The notes under the pieces were generated by a model. It made no database searches, was not told the origin of the DNA, and saw only the letters and a program-made list of their open reading frames with translations. From the NCBI GenBank assembly GCA_013330365.1, contig DUII01000092.1, positions 21,225 through 60,050 on the forward strand: DNA of 38,826 nucleotides. The letters run 5' to 3'. Every line of letters begins with the position of its first letter. The stretch's first letter is position 1. This DNA is from Thermococcaceae archaeon. GTDB lineage: Archaea; Methanobacteriota_B; Thermococci; Thermococcales; Thermococcaceae. The position numbers and the translations under genes are program-made. Shown piece by piece: positions 27,203 through 37,517 of this stretch.

Positions 27203-28576
27203 ATGGCTAGAGTAGAAGAGATGAGAGCAGAAATTCTGGAAGGAAATATTGAGAAAACTCTCTTCAAGTTATCTTGGCCTTTAATCCTTAATAACCTTGT
27301 TCATGTACTCTACAATATAACCGATACTTTCTGGCTTGGAAAAATTGGAAGAGAAGCTCTTTCTGCTCCAGGTGTTTCTTGGCCTTTAATTGGAACTCTA
27401 ATGAACCTCGGCCAAGGATTTGCCGTTGCTGGTTTCGCTTTTGTTGGTCAGTACATAGGGGCAAAGTTGTATGATAGAGCTAATAGGGCCGCTGGTGCAT
27501 TATATTCTCTGGTTCTATTTTTTGCATCCTTAACAGCGTTTATAGGGTTTCTTATAACCCCCAAAGCCTTGGAATTTATGAAGGTTACTCCAAATGTTTA
27601 TCCCTATGCCCTCACATATGTTAGAATAGTCTTCTTGGGACTTCCTTTTTCTTTTATGGGCTTTGCGTTTAGTGCCCTGATGAGGGCCACTGGAGATACA
27701 AGAACTCCAGTGAAAATCAACATGTTTACGGTATTCCTGAATGTAATTCTTGATCCTATCTTGATATTTGGTCTTTTTGGGCTTCCTAGACTTGATGTTA
27801 CCGGAGCTGCTGTGGCGACTGTTTTCTCAAATACCCTCGGTTCTATAATTGGAGCATACCTTCTCTTTAGTGGAAAAGCTCCCATCCATCTAAAGTCAAG
27901 GGAGCTTAAGCCAGATTTTGAATTCTACAAGCGCATTTTCAAGGTAGGGTTGCCCTCTGGAATAGGCCAATCTGCGAACAGTTTTGGCTTTGTCGTGCTT
28001 ACTAGAATAATATTTGGGTTTGGGGATGTTACTTACGCTGCTTATACTATAACGACACGCTTAGTGAACTTTCTTACCAGCATTTCTAGGGGGATAAGTA
28101 TGGCGATGGGAACGATGATCGCCCAGAATGTTGGTGCTGAGAAATATGAGAGGGCAAAGAAGATTGCAGAGAGAACTATGATCATCAACATCCTAATAGC
28201 TACAAGTGCAGTTGTGATTATAGGGATTCTGAGAGTTCCAATATTTAGGGTTTTTCTCAATGATGATGAGGTAATAAAGGAAAGTGCCGTCGTTTGGAAG
28301 TATTTCCTCACTTCTGTTCCCTTCTTCAACGGCATTTTTGTTGTGGTAAACAATGTGTTTAGGGCATCTGGGCATACTAAGAAAAGCATGACGTTGGGAA
28401 TTCTACGGCTTTGGGGGTTGAGGATTCCGCTTAGCTATATTTTGGGTTATATCCTGTTGGGATCTTCCATAGGCGTTTTTCTGGGCATGGGTCTTAGTAA
28501 CATTATCGCTGGAATATTTGCTTTTATCTGGTTCCTTAAAGGAAGCTGGATGAAGAGGATTATAGATGAGGGTTGA
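27203..28576 (+). CDS. MATE-family efflux transporter (tandem paralog)
   Basis: VHVLYNITDTFW, RATGDTRTP, NVILDPILIFG, AQNVGA. TTATATA at about 27171 suggests a near-leaderless start at ATG 27203. Confidence 0.95.
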   Translation: MARVEEMRAEILEGNIEKTLFKLSWPLILNNLVHVLYNITDTFWLGKIGREALSAPGVSWPLIGTLMNLGQGFAVAGFAFVGQYIGAKLYDRANRAAGALYSLVLFFASLTAFIGFLITPKALEFMKVTPNVYPYALTYVRIVFLGLPFSFMGFAFSALMRATGDTRTPVKINMFTVFLNVILDPILIFGLFGLPRLDVTGAAVATVFSNTLGSIIGAYLLFSGKAPIHLKSRELKPDFEFYKRIFKVGLPSGIGQSANSFGFVVLTRIIFGFGDVTYAAYTITTRLVNFLTSISRGISMAMGTMIAQNVGAEKYERAKKIAERTMIINILIATSAVVIIGILRVPIFRVFLNDDEVIKESAVVWKYFLTSVPFFNGIFVVVNNVFRASGHTKKSMTLGILRLWGLRIPLSYILGYILLGSSIGVFLGMGLSNIIAGIFAFIWFLKGSWMKRIIDEG

Positions 28577-28627
28577 GGCGCCAAAATATTTATATGGTGA
28601 GAATTCTATATAGATTGGGTGTTTGGT

Positions 28628-29542
28628 ATGGAGTTCAGGAAGATACAGTTTACTGGACGGAGCTCATACATAATCTCGCTTCCAAAAAAGTGGGTTAAGG
28701 AAAATAACCTGAAGCAGGGGGATGTCGTCCCGATAGTGATCAATCCCGATGGGTCTTTGTTAATACTTCCCAAGGAACCCAAAGAAGTTAGCGAGAGCAA
28801 GGAGCTTGTAATTTCTAAGGATATTTCACCAGACATGGCGGTTAGGCTTCTGATTTCTGCCTACATACAAGGGTATGACGTTATTGATGTAAAATTTACA
28901 GAGGACATGCCTCTATATAAGGTAAAGATACGGGGGACAATCCAGAACCTTCCGGGATTGGAAATAATCTTGGAGGAACCCCTTAGGATTACGAGCAAAA
29001 GCCTATTGGCGGATGAGGAGGTAAACTTAAAGGAGATAATAGAAAGACTGACTTCTATCTTAATTTCAATGATAGAGGACTTAATGCTTATAAGTGAATT
29101 CGAAAAGAAAGAAGTTCTCAGAGATATCAACGGGCTGGAAAACGAACTGGATCGCTTTTATTTCCTAACGCTGAGAGCGGTAAACAAAATACTCTCAGGG
29201 GGCAGCATAGTAAAGGATGGAGGACTAATAAAGAGGAATTTTGACCTTTTAGGGGTTCTCTTTATAGTACGCAATATTGAAAGAATAGGCGATCACATGG
29301 TTAGAATAGCTGAAAACTTTGATCCTGATTTGGATATTTCGTACTTGAGGGAGATAATCCAAAAGGTTATAGATCAAATAATCCAAAAAGACCTGAAAAA
29401 GATTGACAAAATAATGCTTGAACTAAAGGCTCGTATAAAATCTATAGACTACAGAAAGTCCGTTGCCATGGACAGCTATCGGAGGATACTGGAATACCTT
29501 GAGAACATAGGAGAGACAATAATAAACATGAGCCTGAGTTAA
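28628..29542 (+). CDS. phoU: Phosphate uptake regulator, AbrB-like DNA-binding domain plus PhoU domain
   Basis: RKIQFTGRSSYIISLPKKWV N-terminus, SAYIQGYD, ENELDRFYF, RNIERIGDH. Confidence 0.9.
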   Translation: MEFRKIQFTGRSSYIISLPKKWVKENNLKQGDVVPIVINPDGSLLILPKEPKEVSESKELVISKDISPDMAVRLLISAYIQGYDVIDVKFTEDMPLYKVKIRGTIQNLPGLEIILEEPLRITSKSLLADEEVNLKEIIERLTSILISMIEDLMLISEFEKKEVLRDINGLENELDRFYFLTLRAVNKILSGGSIVKDGGLIKRNFDLLGVLFIVRNIERIGDHMVRIAENFDPDLDISYLREIIQKVIDQIIQKDLKKIDKIMLELKARIKSIDYRKSVAMDSYRRILEYLENIGETIINMSLS

Positions 29543-29611
29543 TGAAACTTCTCTCTTTTCGTTTCCATAATGCTTTTAACCTTTCGAAGACATTACGTAA
29601 TGGTGATTCTG

Positions 29612-30529
29612 ATGGTTGCGATTATTGTTCATGGTGGCGCCGGCACAATAAAAAACGAGGATAGGATTCCCAAAGTCCTTGAAGGAGTTAGGGAGGCTGT
29701 TTTAGCAGGTTGGAAAGAATTAAAACGAGGTTCTGCTCTGGATGCCGTTGAAGAAGCCGTTAAAGTACTGGAGGACAATCCTATCTTTAACGCCGGAACG
29801 GGTAGTGTTTTAACCTTGGATGGGAAAGTGGAGATGGATGCCGCTATTATGCGTTCCAATCTTGAAGCTGGTGCAGTTGCGAGCATATGGGGAGTTAAAA
29901 ATCCTATAAGCGTGGCAAGAAAGGTTATGGAAAAAACTGATCACGTTCTCCTTGCTGGAGAAGGAGCGGTTAAGTTTGCCCGTTTGATGGGATTTGAAGA
30001 GTATAATCCCATAACCGAGGAGAGAATTGAACAGTGGAAGAAGCTTAGACAAAAGCTCCTGGAAGAGGGAAACATCCCACATTGGAGAAAGATCAGTGAA
30101 CTGATACGGGAATACCCCGAAGTTTTAAGGAGTACTGTTGGGGCGGTTGCCTTTGATGGGCAAGAGATAGTAGCCGGCACTTCTACAGGGGGAGTTTTCT
30201 TGAAAATGTTTGGAAGAGTTGGTGATACCCCGATAATAGGAGCCGGAACCTATGCTAATGAATTTGCTGGAGCTTCATGTACTGGACTTGGGGAAGTTGC
30301 CATAAAGCTTTCTCTTGCAAAAACCGCTACAGACTTTGTTAGGTTCGGATTGAATGCACAAAAAGCTAGTGAAGCTGCAATAGAACTTGCAACGAAGTAT
30401 TTTGGGAAAGACAACATGGGAATAATCATGGTTGATAGAGAGGGGAACATAGGCTTTGCTAAAAATACCAAGCACATGAGTGTTGCATATATGAAAGACG
30501 ACATGGAAAGTCCAGGAGTGGAGATTTAG
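29612..30529 (+). CDS. Plant-type L-asparaginase / isoaspartyl peptidase (Ntn hydrolase)
   Basis: IIVHGGAG, LEDNPIFNAGTGS, EMDAAIM, nucleophile S|TVGAVA, TSTGG, GRVGDTP, SCTGLGE. Confidence 0.95.
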   Translation: MVAIIVHGGAGTIKNEDRIPKVLEGVREAVLAGWKELKRGSALDAVEEAVKVLEDNPIFNAGTGSVLTLDGKVEMDAAIMRSNLEAGAVASIWGVKNPISVARKVMEKTDHVLLAGEGAVKFARLMGFEEYNPITEERIEQWKKLRQKLLEEGNIPHWRKISELIREYPEVLRSTVGAVAFDGQEIVAGTSTGGVFLKMFGRVGDTPIIGAGTYANEFAGASCTGLGEVAIKLSLAKTATDFVRFGLNAQKASEAAIELATKYFGKDNMGIIMVDREGNIGFAKNTKHMSVAYMKDDMESPGVEI

Positions 30530-30539
30530 GGGGTAAAGA

Positions 30540-31709
30540 ATGAAAAGAAAAGACTTATGGCTTCTTCATTTTTCGACACTTTTCTTCTTCTTGGGATATA
30601 TCCTAGTGGCACCTCTAATTTCCCCCCTTGCCATAACGTTTGGTGCTAGTCCATTCTTAGTTGGCTTCGTAGCTTCAGTGTCTTCAATATTCGCCTTTGT
30701 ACTAAAGCCCGTGGGAGGTATCTTGGGAGATAAGGGAAAAAGTTTTGAGGCAATGATGATTGGGACGATTCTTGGAGCTGTTGCGGGGGGATTCTATCTC
30801 CTCTCATTCTTCATGCGAAGCTTGACTATTTTTGCCATAGGGAGGGCGGTTCACGGTGCTGCATCGGCGTTTTTCTTTCCCTCCTCTCTCTCAACAGCCA
30901 TAAACCTAGCCCCTAAAGGAAGAGTCGGGGAGACTTTGGGGTGGAGAGGAACTATGTTCTCTCTGAGCCAGCTCATTGGTCCAGCTGTAGGGGGGCTAGT
31001 TGCAGATTACTTCGGATTTCATTCAGCCTTTGTTCTTGCAATCTTGTTTTCTTTAGTGGGCTTCCTATTTGTCTCAAATGCATATAGGGAAGTTAGGGCC
31101 AAGATACCGGTCAAAGAAAGCGAGGAAAAGAAGGGTTCTTACAAGGATCTGATCAATATATCTTTTGTTGGTGCTTCGATTTCGCTGTTCTTTATGGTCT
31201 TCGCCTATAGTGGTATGTACACGTTTCTTCCAGCATACTATAAGATCCTTGGATTGGGCACTAGTATCTTTGGAATATACGCGAGTATCATGGGTGGTTT
31301 TAGCCTTCTCACAAGGGTTTTTGGTGGGAGGGAAGCGGATAAAAGGGGGCCAATTCCAGTAGCTTCTTCTGGATTGCTTTTAATAACATCCGCTTATGTT
31401 ATCTTATTCTTCCACCTTCTGCCTCCCGAAGCGTATCTAAGCGCGGTTGTTCTGGGAATGGGATTCGGGTTAACTGTTCCCTCTCTTCAAATGCTGGCTC
31501 TAGCTAATCTTCCAAAGAATATAAGGGGAATAGGTTCGAGTGTCTACACAATGTTTTTTGATTTGGGCTACCTTTCTGGACCTTTGGCCCTTGGTTATCT
31601 GGCGGAAATTGAGGGGTATGAGAGGATATTCCTTTTCCTCCCTATGCTAACATTTTTATCTCTATCTAACATCATATTGCTCAAGATGCTGGGGAGGAAA
31701 AGATCATGA
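30540..31709 (+). CDS. MFS transporter
   Basis: About 12 TM; motif A-like GGILGDKG and GGREADKRG; APKGRVGETLG, LIGPAVGG. Confidence 0.92.
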   Translation: MKRKDLWLLHFSTLFFFLGYILVAPLISPLAITFGASPFLVGFVASVSSIFAFVLKPVGGILGDKGKSFEAMMIGTILGAVAGGFYLLSFFMRSLTIFAIGRAVHGAASAFFFPSSLSTAINLAPKGRVGETLGWRGTMFSLSQLIGPAVGGLVADYFGFHSAFVLAILFSLVGFLFVSNAYREVRAKIPVKESEEKKGSYKDLINISFVGASISLFFMVFAYSGMYTFLPAYYKILGLGTSIFGIYASIMGGFSLLTRVFGGREADKRGPIPVASSGLLLITSAYVILFFHLLPPEAYLSAVVLGMGFGLTVPSLQMLALANLPKNIRGIGSSVYTMFFDLGYLSGPLALGYLAEIEGYERIFLFLPMLTFLSLSNIILLKMLGRKRS

Positions 31710-32656
31710 AAATAAGGGCTTCATACGGAACTGCAGTTGTCTTGGGACTTAAGAAGGGAAAAATGTTTGCAAAGCCCACAACGGCGTATTTTATGACCTA
31801 TTATGAGGGGAGATGCCTGAACAATTGTGCCTTTTGTGTTCAGGCTAGAGAGAGCAGGGCAGATGTAGAAAAGCTTTCGAGAATAACTTGGCCTGCATTT
31901 GAGTTGGATGAAGTTGTGGAAAAATTAAAAAGTTCAAAATTTGCGAGAATATGTCTGCAAACTATAAATTATCCGAATTTAAGGGAAGATGTCTTAAAGA
32001 TTCTAAAAGCTTTTTACCCATTGGGTCTTCCAGTTTCTCTCTCGATAACTCCTGTTGACAAAAAGTCTCTTAGAGATTTTCAAAAGCTTGGAGTGGACTA
32101 TGTTGGTGTAGGGATAGATGCAGCGAGTGAAAGGGTGTATAACAAGGTGAAAGATTCCATGTACTCCTGGGGGGATATGTGGCGGTTTGTTGATGAGGTT
32201 ATTGATGTTTTTGGCAAGGGGAAGGCATTTGTCCATTTAATCTTTGGATTGGGCGAGAGCGAAGAAGAGTTTTTACAAGCAGTTCAAAGGGCGTATGATT
32301 CAAAGGCTAAGGTTTCAATTTTTGCATTTACCCCAATTAAAGGGACTATACTAGAAAACAAGACCCCTCCAGACCCAAATAGGTACAGGTTGATGCAAAT
32401 TGGGGTTTATTTAATTGAAAACAAGATCGCAAGGGTCGAAGAGTTTAGGTTTGAGAGTGAGAGGCTTGTAGATTTTGGTCTTTCCAAAGAGGAACTTTTG
32501 AAGGTTCTCGACGAGAGTGCATTCATGACTCACGGCTGTCCCGGATGTAATCGACCCTATTACAACGAGAAGCCCAGCAAAGAGCCCTATAACTTTCCGG
32601 TAAGGCCTGAAAAGAAACAGTTTGAAAGATTATTGGGTAGACTATTCCATGAGTGA
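31706..32656 (+). CDS. lipS2: Radical SAM protein, archaeal lipoyl synthase subunit LipS2
   Basis: CLNNCAFC (CxxxCxxC) plus C-terminal THGCPGCNRP, matching the TxGCPxC(N/D)RP signature described for LipS2 of the two-protein LipS1/LipS2 lipoyl synthase. Confidence 0.82.
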   Translation: MKIRASYGTAVVLGLKKGKMFAKPTTAYFMTYYEGRCLNNCAFCVQARESRADVEKLSRITWPAFELDEVVEKLKSSKFARICLQTINYPNLREDVLKILKAFYPLGLPVSLSITPVDKKSLRDFQKLGVDYVGVGIDAASERVYNKVKDSMYSWGDMWRFVDEVIDVFGKGKAFVHLIFGLGESEEEFLQAVQRAYDSKAKVSIFAFTPIKGTILENKTPPDPNRYRLMQIGVYLIENKIARVEEFRFESERLVDFGLSKEELLKVLDESAFMTHGCPGCNRPYYNEKPSKEPYNFPVRPEKKQFERLLGRLFHE

Positions 32657-33130
32657 TTCTATAATTTCCTTGAGTTTTTCTGAGCCTATATCTTTGGCCA
32701 AAAGCTGTGCTTCTTTCTCATTTCCCTTTGTAAATGCATCTAATGCCAGTACAAAGGTGTGGAGATCTCTGTTAGTGGATGTTTGAGGGAGCAAAATCTC
32801 CAGTCTACCCTTGAGCAGATCGAATTTATTATTCTTCTTGATTATTGCAAGAACGTTTTTTAGTCTCTCAACTCCAAGTGAAAACATCTCTCCATCTGAA
32901 GCGTTCAGAAGTGCTCTAATTGAGCATTTTACGGCACCGCTGTAGTTGCCTTCTTCGATAAAAGCCTCGACCAATCCAAAACAGGCTTCAAAATAAATCC
33001 ATGGATAAGAGCCCTTTGAGAGGTGCATGACCTCGTCGAATTTCCTCTTGGCAGCATCAATCTTTCGTTCGTTTAATGCTCTTTGAGCTTCCCTCAAGAT
33101 AGATACAATGACTTCTTCTTTCTTTTTCAT
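32642..33130 (-). CDS. Hypothetical helical, TPR-like protein
   Basis: TPR-like pattern (EACFGLVEAFIEEGNYSGAVKCSIRAL); 4 nt downstream of rio2. Confidence 0.75.
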   Translation of the reverse strand: MKKKEEVIVSILREAQRALNERKIDAAKRKFDEVMHLSKGSYPWIYFEACFGLVEAFIEEGNYSGAVKCSIRALLNASDGEMFSLGVERLKNVLAIIKKNNKFDLLKGRLEILLPQTSTNRDLHTFVLALDAFTKGNEKEAQLLAKDIGSEKLKEIIESLME

Positions 33131-33134
33131 CGAT

Positions 33135-34058
33135 TTACGCCTCTTTCAAGCTCTTTTTAAAGGCATCCTCAAATTCCTTCCAGACTTCATTCCAATCTTT
33201 TTCTACCCGCCATTTTCGTTTAAATGAGTTTAGGAGCACCCTTAAATCCCTTTCCAGATAATACTTGGCATCTGGGAAAGCCGTTGTTACGTATTGAGGC
33301 CAGTCTATTATTAGTATATCCCCATCCTTTTTAAGAACTATGTTGTAAAGGCTCATATCAGAATGAATTATTCCAAACTCGACTATTTTCTTGTACTCTT
33401 CCAGAACTTTGTCTAATATTTCTGAAGCATCCTCTTTTGTCAAATCGGTGTCTGCAAGCTCTACAAGTTCGACCCCTTCTATAAACTCCATAACAATCGC
33501 ATGTCTGTTCCAGGCAATAGGTTTGGGAACTTTGGCTATTGGGCTCAAGAGTTGAAGAGCCTCATACTCTCTTTGGGCAACGAGTCTTGAAATGTAGAGC
33601 CATGATATATGCCTTTTGTTAACAAAATCTGGCCGGTAGAGCTTTATCCTTGTGAAGCTCGTTCTTCCTATCCGATTAAATTTAACGGCCACTTTTTCTT
33701 CATTTGGAGTTATCCCGACATAAACGTCCGCTTCTTTCCCTACCCCAATTTGTGTTTGGCTTATTGCCTTAATTATCCCCTTTTGAGCAAATGCCCTTAT
33801 TGCCAAGGCATCGTATCCATGTATTGTGAGCTGGTAGCCTATGTAGCCTATATCACTTCTTCTCCTCACGAGTCCCCAATTGTCGAGTTTCCCTAGGCGA
33901 TAGGAGGCAGTTTCAATATCCACTCTGGAAAATTTGGCTATTACCTCAAGGGGCACCCACTCATAATGGCGCATATTAAGCTCTACCCCTCTAAGTACCC
34001 TAAAATCGAGATCCTTGAGATTTGGATATACTTCGAGTGCAAGAAGTTTGCTTACCAT
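33135..34058 (-). CDS. rio2: RIO2-family atypical Ser/Thr kinase
   Basis: N-terminal winged helix (DFRVLRGVELNMRHYEWVP...GYQLTIHGYDALA), GVGKEADVY, IVMEFIEG, IHSDMSLYNI, IIDWPQ. Confidence 0.93.
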   Translation of the reverse strand: MVSKLLALEVYPNLKDLDFRVLRGVELNMRHYEWVPLEVIAKFSRVDIETASYRLGKLDNWGLVRRRSDIGYIGYQLTIHGYDALAIRAFAQKGIIKAISQTQIGVGKEADVYVGITPNEEKVAVKFNRIGRTSFTRIKLYRPDFVNKRHISWLYISRLVAQREYEALQLLSPIAKVPKPIAWNRHAIVMEFIEGVELVELADTDLTKEDASEILDKVLEEYKKIVEFGIIHSDMSLYNIVLKKDGDILIIDWPQYVTTAFPDAKYYLERDLRVLLNSFKRKWRVEKDWNEVWKEFEDAFKKSLKEA

Positions 34059-34142
34059 GGCTCTCACTTAGCCCTACATCATCTCCTTTTTATATTTAAC
34101 TCTTCGATAATTTTTTAAACGTTCAGCCTCTCACCTCAAAAT

Positions 34143-35249
34143 ATGCAGAGAAAACTTCTCTTACTGCTCTCTCTTGGGTGGATATTTAATTATGCTCACA
34201 GAATGGCTATTCCTCCCCTTATCCCACTAATTAAAGAAGAGTTAGCTATAACAAACGCTCAGGCTGGACTTCTAATGACATCCCTTCTCCTTCCCTACGC
34301 TTTGATTCAAGTCCCAGCTGGTTATTTTGGGGACAAACTCGGAAGAAAAAAGCTTGTAGTTATCAGCATTGTTGGTTATTCGTTAGCAAGCTCCTTGATT
34401 ATTTTCGCCCGGCAATACTGGCATCTTATTGCCATTAGGGCTCTCTATGGGATTTTTGCTGGTTTCTACTATGCTCCAGCAACTGCTCTTATAAGCGAGA
34501 TTTACAGGGAGAAAAAAGGTTCCGCATTGGGTGTTTTTATGGTTGGGCCTCCAATAGGAAGTGCCATTGCTCCAGCAATTGTTATTCCAATAGCCTTGGC
34601 CTTAGAGTGGAGGTATTCGTTTTTGGTTCTCTCGCTTATGAGTTTAACAGTTGGACTGGCGCTTATGCTGATAATCAAGGGGGAAGTAAAGCAAGTTGAA
34701 CGGCCAAAGTTCACGGTGCCTAGGGAGGTGTTCAGCTTAAGTGTTATGAACTTCATAGTACTAGCAGCCTTTTTTGGAATGCTGACTTTCCTTCCAGATT
34801 TCTTTGTAAACAAAGGCAGAAGTGTAGAAGAAGCTTCCTTTTACTTCTCTCTCCTCTCGATAGTGGGGATCTTTGGCTCTATTGCTGGAGGAGGTGTGTA
34901 TGATAGGATTAGAGAAACTAGTCTTTTCTCTGTTCTCGCTCTAAATGCTTTCTTGTCTTTTCTGTTGGTGAAAACGGCATATCCCATGCTGGTTTTGTTA
35001 TTGGGGTTATTTTTCTACTCCGTTGGTCCGATAGTTACCGCTTATACAAGTGAACATGCAAGTGAGGGAAATCTTGGCACAGTAATGGGGTTTGTGAACA
35101 TGATGGGGTTTTTTGGAGCAACCGCTGGCCCGTATTTTATAGGCCTTTTGATCGATACTGCAGGTTATGAAACAGCGTTTTATTCAATTTCGGGGATGTA
35201 CCTGCTAAGTTTCCTAATTTTGATGTTTTCAAGGAGAGATATTCGTTAG
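34143..35249 (+). CDS. MFS transporter
   Basis: FNYAHR, motif A GYFGDKLGRKK, about 12 TM. TTTTTTAAA at 34111-34119 implies a leaderless start. Confidence 0.92.
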   Translation: MQRKLLLLLSLGWIFNYAHRMAIPPLIPLIKEELAITNAQAGLLMTSLLLPYALIQVPAGYFGDKLGRKKLVVISIVGYSLASSLIIFARQYWHLIAIRALYGIFAGFYYAPATALISEIYREKKGSALGVFMVGPPIGSAIAPAIVIPIALALEWRYSFLVLSLMSLTVGLALMLIIKGEVKQVERPKFTVPREVFSLSVMNFIVLAAFFGMLTFLPDFFVNKGRSVEEASFYFSLLSIVGIFGSIAGGGVYDRIRETSLFSVLALNAFLSFLLVKTAYPMLVLLLGLFFYSVGPIVTAYTSEHASEGNLGTVMGFVNMMGFFGATAGPYFIGLLIDTAGYETAFYSISGMYLLSFLILMFSRRDIR

Positions 35250-35390
35250 TACCTATGACTTGTTTCTTTTGGTTACACTTTTCTGTACATCTAAGCTTAA
35301 AACCAGTCGTTAGTGCAACTTATCTGAACTGTGATGTTGGTTTCTGTTGTTTAAAGAATATATGAATAAAGTATTTTGGGCGAATTTGCT

Positions 35391-35440
35391 GTGTTAAACC
35401 TTTGGTTAAAAATCTAAGGGTTTAGAAATGCTTTTTTATA
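35391..35440 (+). promoter_or_regulatory. Hydrogenase I promoter: degenerate SurR sites upstream of TATA
   Basis: GTG-TTA-AAC-CTTTG-GTT-AAA-AAT (35391-35413) and GTT-TAG-AAA (35420-35428) directly upstream of TTTTTATA (35433-35440), an activation geometry. Confidence 0.6.
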
Positions 35441-35516
35441 CACAAAACAAGCTTTCAATGAGGATGAATAAAAATGTTCACCGGGACTATTTGTGTACAT
35501 CAGTGGGGTGATGGAG

Positions 35517-36620
35517 TTGAGGTATGTTAAGTTGCCGAAGGAGAATACTTACGAGTTCCTAGAGCGATTAAAAGACTGGGGAACACTTTATGCTCCAGTG
35601 AAAATTTCAGAGAAGTTCTACGACTTCAGAGAAGTTGAAGACGTGAGGCAAATAGAATTCAAATATAACAGGACAATAATGCCTCCGAAGAAGTTTTTCT
35701 TCCTTCCGAGGGAAAAAATGTTTGAATTCAGCATTTCGAAGGCAGAATACAAGGAAGCTATTGAAAAAGTCGAACCGTTTGTGGTTTTTGGAGTGCATGC
35801 ATGTGACATCTTCGGGCTTAAAATAATGGATACCATATACTTGGACGAGCTTCCAGACAAATATTACAAGGTTAGAAGGGAAAAAGGCATTATCATAGGC
35901 ATTAGCTGTGTCCCAGATGAGTACTGTTTCTGTAATCTGAGGGAGACGGATTTTGCAGACGATGGCTTCGATTTATTCCTCCATGAACTTCCCGATGGCT
36001 GGCTTGTTCGTGTCGGGACTCCCACTGGTCATAGGATAGTTGATAAGAACTTACGTCTCTTTGAGGAAGTAACATCTCAGGATGTGTGCAACTTTAGAGA
36101 TTTTGAAAATAAAAAGCAGCAGATGTTCAAGTACCACGAAGACTGGGCGGACTTGAGGTATCTGCTTGAGCTCGAGACAGAGCACCCGATGTGGGACGAG
36201 CAGTCCGACATATGTCTTGCATGTGGCAACTGCAACACTACCTGCCCGACTTGCAGGTGCTTTGATGTCCAAGATATTCCAAATATCGATGGAGTTACTG
36301 GGGCAAGAGTTAGGAGATGGGATTCTTGTCAGCTGGTAAGACATGGAATGGTGGCAGGTGGACACAACTTTAGGCCAACAAAGAAATCTAGATTTATGAA
36401 CAGGTATATGTGCAAAAATTCATATGTTGAAAAACTTGGTCTCAGCTATTGTGTTGGATGTGGTAGGTGTTCATACTTCTGTCCTGCAGAGATAAGCTTT
36501 GTGAGGAATTTGAGAACCATTTTGGGTCTTGAAGAAAGCTCATGTCCACCGAGAATCTCGGAGGAGATTCCAAAGAGAGGATTTGCGTATGGTCCTTCTG
36601 TTGGAGGTGGTGAACAATGA
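35517..36620 (+). CDS. hydB: Soluble NADP-reducing hydrogenase I (sulfhydrogenase) beta subunit
   Basis: [22 protein letters not shown]-terminus; [14 protein letters not shown] and [12 protein letters not shown] 4Fe-4S motifs. Start is TTG 35517 (or ATG 35511) after GGGGTGA. Confidence 0.93.
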   Translation: MRYVKLPKENTYEFLERLKDWGTLYAPVKISEKFYDFREVEDVRQIEFKYNRTIMPPKKFFFLPREKMFEFSISKAEYKEAIEKVEPFVVFGVHACDIFGLKIMDTIYLDELPDKYYKVRREKGIIIGISCVPDEYCFCNLRETDFADDGFDLFLHELPDGWLVRVGTPTGHRIVDKNLRLFEEVTSQDVCNFRDFENKKQQMFKYHEDWADLRYLLELETEHPMWDEQSDICLACGNCNTTCPTCRCFDVQDIPNIDGVTGARVRRWDSCQLVRHGMVAGGHNFRPTKKSRFMNRYMCKNSYVEKLGLSYCVGCGRCSYFCPAEISFVRNLRTILGLEESSCPPRISEEIPKRGFAYGPSVGGGEQ

Positions 36621-37507
36621 CCGTACCAAGACCTGTTCCTCGGAGCAATACTTTTGCAGAGGACAATCCCTACGCCTTGGAAAGGGTTAGAGTTCTCAGG
36701 GTATATCAGCTTACCGAGTTGGAAAAGCTGTTCTTATTTAGGTTTGAAGACCCAACTATTGCAGAGAACTGGACATTTAAGCCGGGTCAGTTTGTTCAGC
36801 TTACAATACCGGGAATAGGGGAAGTACCTATTAGCGTGTGTTCTTCTCCTATGAGACAGGGTTTCTTTGAACTATGTATTAGAAAAGCTGGAAGGGTAAC
36901 TACTGCAGTCCACAAGCTTAAGCCTGATGATACCGTACTCGTGAGGGGCCCATATGGAAACGGTTTTCCTGTTGACAAATGGGAAGGGATGGACTTGCTC
37001 TTAATAGCAGCTGGTCTCGGGACGGCTCCTCTAAGGAGTGTTTTCCTTTATGCGATGGACAACAGGTGGAAATACGGTAACATAACATTCATAAACACTG
37101 CCCGCTATGGGAAGGATTTACTCTTCTACAAGGAGCTTGAGGCAATGAAAGACATAGCGGAGGCTGAGAACGTTAAGATAATTCAAAGTGTCACCAGAGA
37201 TCCTGATTGGCCGGGACCAAAAGGTAGGCCCCAAAACTTCATAGTCGAAGCAAATACAAACCCCAAGAACACAGCAGTAGCAATCTGCGGTCCTCCAAGG
37301 ATGTACAAAGATGTTTTTGAGGCCCTTATAAACTACGGCTACAGACCAGAGAACATCTACGTGACGCTTGAGAGAATGATGAAATGTGGAATCGGTAAGT
37401 GTGGCCACTGCAACGTAGGAACAAGCACATCATGGAAATACGTCTGTAAAGATGGCCCCGTATTCACGTACTTTGACATAGTATCAACACCAGGAATGCT
37501 CGACTGA
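36617..37507 (+). CDS. hydG: Hydrogenase I gamma subunit (FAD/NADP-binding, 2Fe-2S)
   Basis: [45 protein letters not shown]...CKDGPVF. Confidence 0.95.
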   Translation: MTVPRPVPRSNTFAEDNPYALERVRVLRVYQLTELEKLFLFRFEDPTIAENWTFKPGQFVQLTIPGIGEVPISVCSSPMRQGFFELCIRKAGRVTTAVHKLKPDDTVLVRGPYGNGFPVDKWEGMDLLLIAAGLGTAPLRSVFLYAMDNRWKYGNITFINTARYGKDLLFYKELEAMKDIAEAENVKIIQSVTRDPDWPGPKGRPQNFIVEANTNPKNTAVAICGPPRMYKDVFEALINYGYRPENIYVTLERMMKCGIGKCGHCNVGTSTSWKYVCKDGPVFTYFDIVSTPGMLD

Positions 37508-37517
37508 GGTGGTGAAG

